Origin: Thermoprotei archaeon
GTDB lineage: Archaea; Thermoproteota; Thermoprotei; Thermoproteales; B15-G16
Length of the DNA stretch: 64,000 nt
Direction: 5' to 3'
NCBI GenBank assembly: GCA_003649205.1
Contig: QMRC01000001.1
Coordinates: 128,001 to 192,000, forward strand
This document shows, piece after piece, positions 59,902-64,000 of this stretch. Position 1 is the first letter of the stretch. Each line of letters starts with the position of its first letter. The translations under genes were made by a program, and so were the position numbers. Under the pieces are notes generated by a model that worked only from the letters and a program-made list of their open reading frames with translations, did not search any database and was not told where the DNA came from.

Positions 59902-60411
59902 GTGGTGACATGTATGGGTGAGCGAAGTGAGAAGAAGGTACTGAGTGTTAGAGGTGTTGACGAGGTTACTTATCGTGAATTTGTTGCTACTGCTAAGGAA
60001 CTTGGTAAGACTGTTGGTCAGGCATTGACTGAAGCTATGAGACTGTACTTACTGTTTGCTAAATCTGCATCTACTGCCCTCTCATCACTAGCCAATAACA
60101 TTAATGCTTTGAAGAAGTTGACTAAAAATGCCCTATCAGCAGCATCTGAGGGGTTTAGGGAGGTTATCCCTGAAACCATTAGTAATATCGATGAATTAGA
60201 GGTTGGTAAGGCTGATTTAGAGGCTCTTGGTAAGAGAGTTACGTTCAACAACATTAAGAGGCTCATATTTAGAGAAGATGTCGATAGAGAGACCTTCGAA
60301 AAGTATGTTGTCAGCATATCGAATATTGATGAATTAGTAATTCCTAGTACGCTACCTAGGTTGCTAGTGCTTGCAAGGTGTTGTAATGTTAAGAAGTTAG
60401 CTGTTAGATAG
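59902..60411 (+). CDS. Hypothetical protein with N-terminal ribbon-helix-helix-like motif
   Basis: SVRGVDEVTYREF..GKTVGQALTEAM; internal ISNIDEL repeat. Confidence 0.7.
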   Translation: MVTCMGERSEKKVLSVRGVDEVTYREFVATAKELGKTVGQALTEAMRLYLLFAKSASTALSSLANNINALKKLTKNALSAASEGFREVIPETISNIDELEVGKADLEALGKRVTFNNIKRLIFREDVDRETFEKYVVSISNIDELVIPSTLPRLLVLARCCNVKKLAVR

Positions 60412-60467
60412 GTTTAATTCTCGTAAGATTTTTCTAGCTCTCTCTCACTTCCCTCTTTTGTGATTGT

Positions 60468-61853
60468 ATGAGGAGGACGAAGATAATAGCTACCATTGGG
60501 CCTTCTAGTAGATCTTATGATATACTGTTTAGGTTGGTCCTTGAGGGTGTTAGTGGTTTTAGGCTGAATTTCGCTCATGGTACTCATGAGGAGAAGCTTG
60601 AGGAGGCTAAAGCTGTTAGAGCTATTGAGCGGGAGCTAGGTACCTACGTTACTATTGTCTGTGATCTATCTGGTCCAAGTGTGAGGTTAGGTAAGGTACC
60701 TGAGTTCTACGTTCATGAGGGTGAGCAAGTTCATTTAGTGTACTCCGATGTTGGTAAAGCTGAGGAAAAGGAGGTACCTGTACCTGTTAGGCAGTTCTTT
60801 GAAGTTCTTGAGGATGGCGACATCGTCCTTATTGACGATGGTAGGGTTTGGCTTCGTGTAGATAAGATACGTAGGGATAGAGTGGTGTGTACAGTCTTGA
60901 CCAGTGGTGCTATTAGACCTGGTAAGGGTATAGGTATTAAGGGTAAGGACTTAGAGTTACCTCCACTAACTAGCAAGGATGTCGAGGACATTAAGTTCTG
61001 TGTAGCTAATGGAATTGTCGATTACTTTGCACTATCATTCGTTAAGCGTGGCGATGACGTTAAGATACTGAGAGACTTACTAAATGACCTCGGTGCCGAT
61101 GATGTTGGTATACTAGCTAAGATTGAAACTAAGAGTGCTGTTGATAGGGTGGATGAGATTGTTCAGCAGAGTGATGGTGTTATCATTGCTCGTGGTGATC
61201 TAGGTATTAGTCTTGGTCTTGAGAAGGTACCAATTGTTCAGCATGAGATCGTTAGGAAGTGTAGGTACAGTGGTAAACCGTCGATAATAGCTACGCAGAT
61301 TCTCGAGTCAATGGTTGAGTCACCAGTACCCACGAGAGCTGAGGTCGTTGACATCATGGTGTCAGTACAGGAAGGTGTCGATGCTATCTTACTAACCAAT
61401 GAAACTGCTATTGGTAAATACCCAGTGACCTGTGTTACGTGGTTGAAAAGAGTCTTACTGGAGGCAGAGCAGAGGTATCAACCTGAACAAGTTGATGCTA
61501 CTGATGACCTCTACGATAAATTCGCTAGAGGTGTTGCCTCTCTAGCTGACTTCATCGGTGCTAAGCTACTGATCTTTACAAGGAGAGGAACAACAGCTAG
61601 GAGGATAGTGAAGTATAGACCGAGAACAGCAATCTACGTAGCAACACCAAGTGAGGTCATTGCTAGGAGGCTCAACGTCATGTGGGGTGTAAAGTCATTT
61701 GTAATTGAGGAGAGAGATGTCAGTAAGGCGCTCGATAAATTCCTTGAGCACCTAAAGGAGAGGGGTGACTTAACGTACGGTGATATCGTCATACTGACAG
61801 GTGGTATGAGAGGAGGAGCAACAGACTTAGCAAGAGTAGAGATTGTCAGGTAG
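60468..61853 (+). CDS. pyk: Pyruvate kinase
   Basis: TKIIATIGP, AKIE, ARGDLG, ATQILESM, PTRAE. Confidence 0.95.
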   Translation: MRRTKIIATIGPSSRSYDILFRLVLEGVSGFRLNFAHGTHEEKLEEAKAVRAIERELGTYVTIVCDLSGPSVRLGKVPEFYVHEGEQVHLVYSDVGKAEEKEVPVPVRQFFEVLEDGDIVLIDDGRVWLRVDKIRRDRVVCTVLTSGAIRPGKGIGIKGKDLELPPLTSKDVEDIKFCVANGIVDYFALSFVKRGDDVKILRDLLNDLGADDVGILAKIETKSAVDRVDEIVQQSDGVIIARGDLGISLGLEKVPIVQHEIVRKCRYSGKPSIIATQILESMVESPVPTRAEVVDIMVSVQEGVDAILLTNETAIGKYPVTCVTWLKRVLLEAEQRYQPEQVDATDDLYDKFARGVASLADFIGAKLLIFTRRGTTARRIVKYRPRTAIYVATPSEVIARRLNVMWGVKSFVIEERDVSKALDKFLEHLKERGDLTYGDIVILTGGMRGGATDLARVEIVR

Positions 61854-62334
61854 ATACATCTCTCTTACCCAGCTTCTCTATGAATTCACAACATCGTCTA
61901 ACTAAGTCAGGTCTCCTAGCGTCAATAACTACATCAACAGAGTACCTATGTGCAACACCACCATCCTCACTACTTCTGAACGAAATTACAACATCAACTC
62001 TCTGTAGGTAGAACGGTGCTTCGGTAGCGAATTCAGACATCACCCTATTAGCTAGCGCTATAGCTGTCTCAAGATCAGGTACATCAGGTACATGAATTTG
62101 AACAACATTACCACGATTGAGAGTAATAGGTCTAAAACCTCTCATCTGTAGCCTACGAATGTAGTCAAGAGGTACATACGGTGGTTCAGAGACAGCTCTA
62201 AAAGCCTCCATGATATCCTCACGAGATCTAGCTAACACAGCAACCTTACCAATGAAGTACACCCTAAGCTTACTAACATCAACACCCAGTACCTCAGCTA
62301 CCTTAGAGAGAACCTCACACATAAGTACACCCAC
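61846..62334 (-). CDS. Uncharacterised protein, paralog of 1247..1750
   Basis: AVSEPP, RVDVVISFRSSEDGG. Confidence 0.8.
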   Translation of the reverse strand: MGVLMCEVLSKVAEVLGVDVSKLRVYFIGKVAVLARSREDIMEAFRAVSEPPYVPLDYIRRLQMRGFRPITLNRGNVVQIHVPDVPDLETAIALANRVMSEFATEAPFYLQRVDVVISFRSSEDGGVAHRYSVDVVIDARRPDLVRRCCEFIEKLGKRDVST

Positions 62335-62422
62335 AGAGATCTTTGAGAACAGGAATAAGTACTTTGAAGCTTAGGGAAGTAGAGTGAAGTGAGAAGTACA
62401 CTGTTGGTGGTGTTGGTTAGTC

Positions 62423-62886
62423 GTGATTTCTGGGTACCTAATTACAACCGTCAGTATCATAGTAACTGTAGTGTCGTCAGCTGCTACTTTAGCTTATTGG
62501 CTTGGTAGAAAACTTACTCGTATCGAGTATGAGGTAAGTACCTTGAGAAGGATGATTAAGGGTCTTGCAGAAGCTTCAGTGGAAGCACACTCAATAGCTA
62601 TGGAGTACCCGTCACTAAAGGGATTCTTGAGAGGAGTGAAGTCGATTATTTGAGGAAGAGAGTTAGTGCTGTGTACAGTATGCATGTGAGATCCAATCCT
62701 GCAATTAGTGAAGAGGAGTTGAGACTAATTAAGGAGTTCATTGCTAAGGATCCAGATGAAGTAACTCTTGAAGAGTGTGAGCGAGTTTACGATGCTGAAA
62801 CTGGAGATTTGAGAGGATTCTACGCAGCTATATACGCAACCTACGTTAGGGGATACCTCATAAGCAAGAAAGCTAGAAAGAGATGA
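62423..62886 (+). pseudogene. Split 'LAYWLGRK' (PaREP-like) gene
   Basis: Two abutting ORFs in different frames match the two halves of the 10860..11325 remnant. Confidence 0.65.
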
Positions 62887-62937
62887 GCAGTAGCGCCATA
62901 CCACGCCCCTTATATTCTCTCTCAACAAGGTAACTAC

Positions 62938-63732
62938 TTGATGCACTACCCTCGGTACCTAATCAAGGAAAGAAGTACATTTGATCCTATAGAGTTAGCT
63001 AGAGTTACGGAGTCCATTGTGTGTAAGCACATTAATGGTGTACAGTTACGTAAGTACGATGACTTCTATGTAGTTTGGGTTTATAATGGTGTAGCTACTG
63101 GCTACGTTGTTGGGTGTAACCTTCGTTGCTACTTCTGTTGGTCATATATTTCGAGAGATTTCCCTGAGAGATACGGTACCTACTATAGTCCTGAGGAGGT
63201 CGTTACTAACCTAAGGAGGTTAGTCAAAGAGTACGGTGTTGACAAAGTTCGTATTAGTGGTGGTGAACCAACAGTATCTAGAGATCACTTACTTCAAGTT
63301 CTTGAACTCGTTGAACAAGTACCTGAAATCAAGCTCTTTCTACTTGAGACAAATGGTATTCTCCTTGGTCACGATGAGGGTTATGTTCGTAAGCTAGCTC
63401 AATTCAGAAAGATTTTAGTTCGTGTTAGTTTGAAAGCAGGTACACCGGAGAAGTTTAGTGAGAGAACAGGAGCTAAACCAGAGTTCTTTGAGCTTCCCTT
63501 CAGAGCTATTAGACATCTTCTGAAGTACGGTGTTCCTGTCTATGTAGCTGCTATGACTGATCCTAGGTTGATGAGTAATGAGGAGAGACTTGAGTTGATG
63601 AAGAAGTTAGCTGAGATAGATCCTGACTTGGTTAAGAATCTTGAGGAGGAGAGTGTTGATCCATATGAGACTACACTTCTAAGACTTGAAGCAGCTCAAG
63701 TCAATATACCTTGGGAATCACTTGAGTTCTAG
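62938..63732 (+). CDS. Radical SAM protein, paralog of 1..558
   Basis: GCNLRCYFC, ISGGEPT, LETNG. Confidence 0.9.
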   Translation: MMHYPRYLIKERSTFDPIELARVTESIVCKHINGVQLRKYDDFYVVWVYNGVATGYVVGCNLRCYFCWSYISRDFPERYGTYYSPEEVVTNLRRLVKEYGVDKVRISGGEPTVSRDHLLQVLELVEQVPEIKLFLLETNGILLGHDEGYVRKLAQFRKILVRVSLKAGTPEKFSERTGAKPEFFELPFRAIRHLLKYGVPVYVAAMTDPRLMSNEERLELMKKLAEIDPDLVKNLEEESVDPYETTLLRLEAAQVNIPWESLEF

Positions 63733-63750
63733 CTGGTGAGTGTAGTGAAT

Positions 63751-64000
63751 GTGAATTGGTGTGAAACGCTAAGTAGGTTACATGAGTATGTAGTTCCTGA
63801 TCTAGGAGTGAAGTTCATTGATAGAGAACTAGAGTTTGAGAAGCTCATTAAGCATTACTGTAGAGGGGATGCACCTTGGATTCACGTAATTACTGGTCCT
63901 TGGGGTTGCGGAAAGACACAGTTTGCTAGAGCAATGACGTATGCACTCCAGTTCTCAAGTGACTACGTGGTATTTTACGTGAATTTAAGTGAGGAGGAAC
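63751..64000 (+). CDS. Archaeal P-loop ATPase, runs off window end
   Basis: KFIDRELE..VITGPWGCGKT..VFYVNL. Confidence 0.8.
   Translation, partial: MNWCETLSRLHEYVVPDLGVKFIDRELEFEKLIKHYCRGDAPWIHVITGPWGCGKTQFARAMTYALQFSSDYVVFYVNLSEEE

Overview
Window from a hyperthermophilic crenarchaeote (Thermoproteota-like, inferred from GC-rich archaeal tRNAs, an intron-containing tRNA, C/D-box sRNA motifs, HEPN-MNT pairs and PaREP-like genes). It has about 50 CDS, six tRNAs and several pseudogenes. Housekeeping genes include sufS, trkH, glnA, thrC, metB, pyk, glycerate kinase and ECF/ABC transporters. Highlights: (1) a complete mannose-class PTS (EI, HPr, IIA, IIB, fused IIC-IID) next to a GlmS paralog lacking glutaminase residues; (2) an AT-rich sugar-catabolism island with UlaA-type IIC, two FGGY kinases sharing identical DNA tracts, two DeoC paralogs, ferredoxin, AOR, HAD and decayed ulaA/ulaB copies; (3) a TnpB-like protein reduced to RuvC plus Zn finger, whose 3' end overlaps an RNA with both C/D-box and IS200/IS605 right-end features; (4) two candidate defence-like modules (triple wHTH + STAND-like ATPase + two unknowns; ABC-type ATPase + PIN); (5) an inverted duplicate of a radical-SAM/unknown gene pair at the two window ends. 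All family calls come from motif recognition by eye, not database searches.
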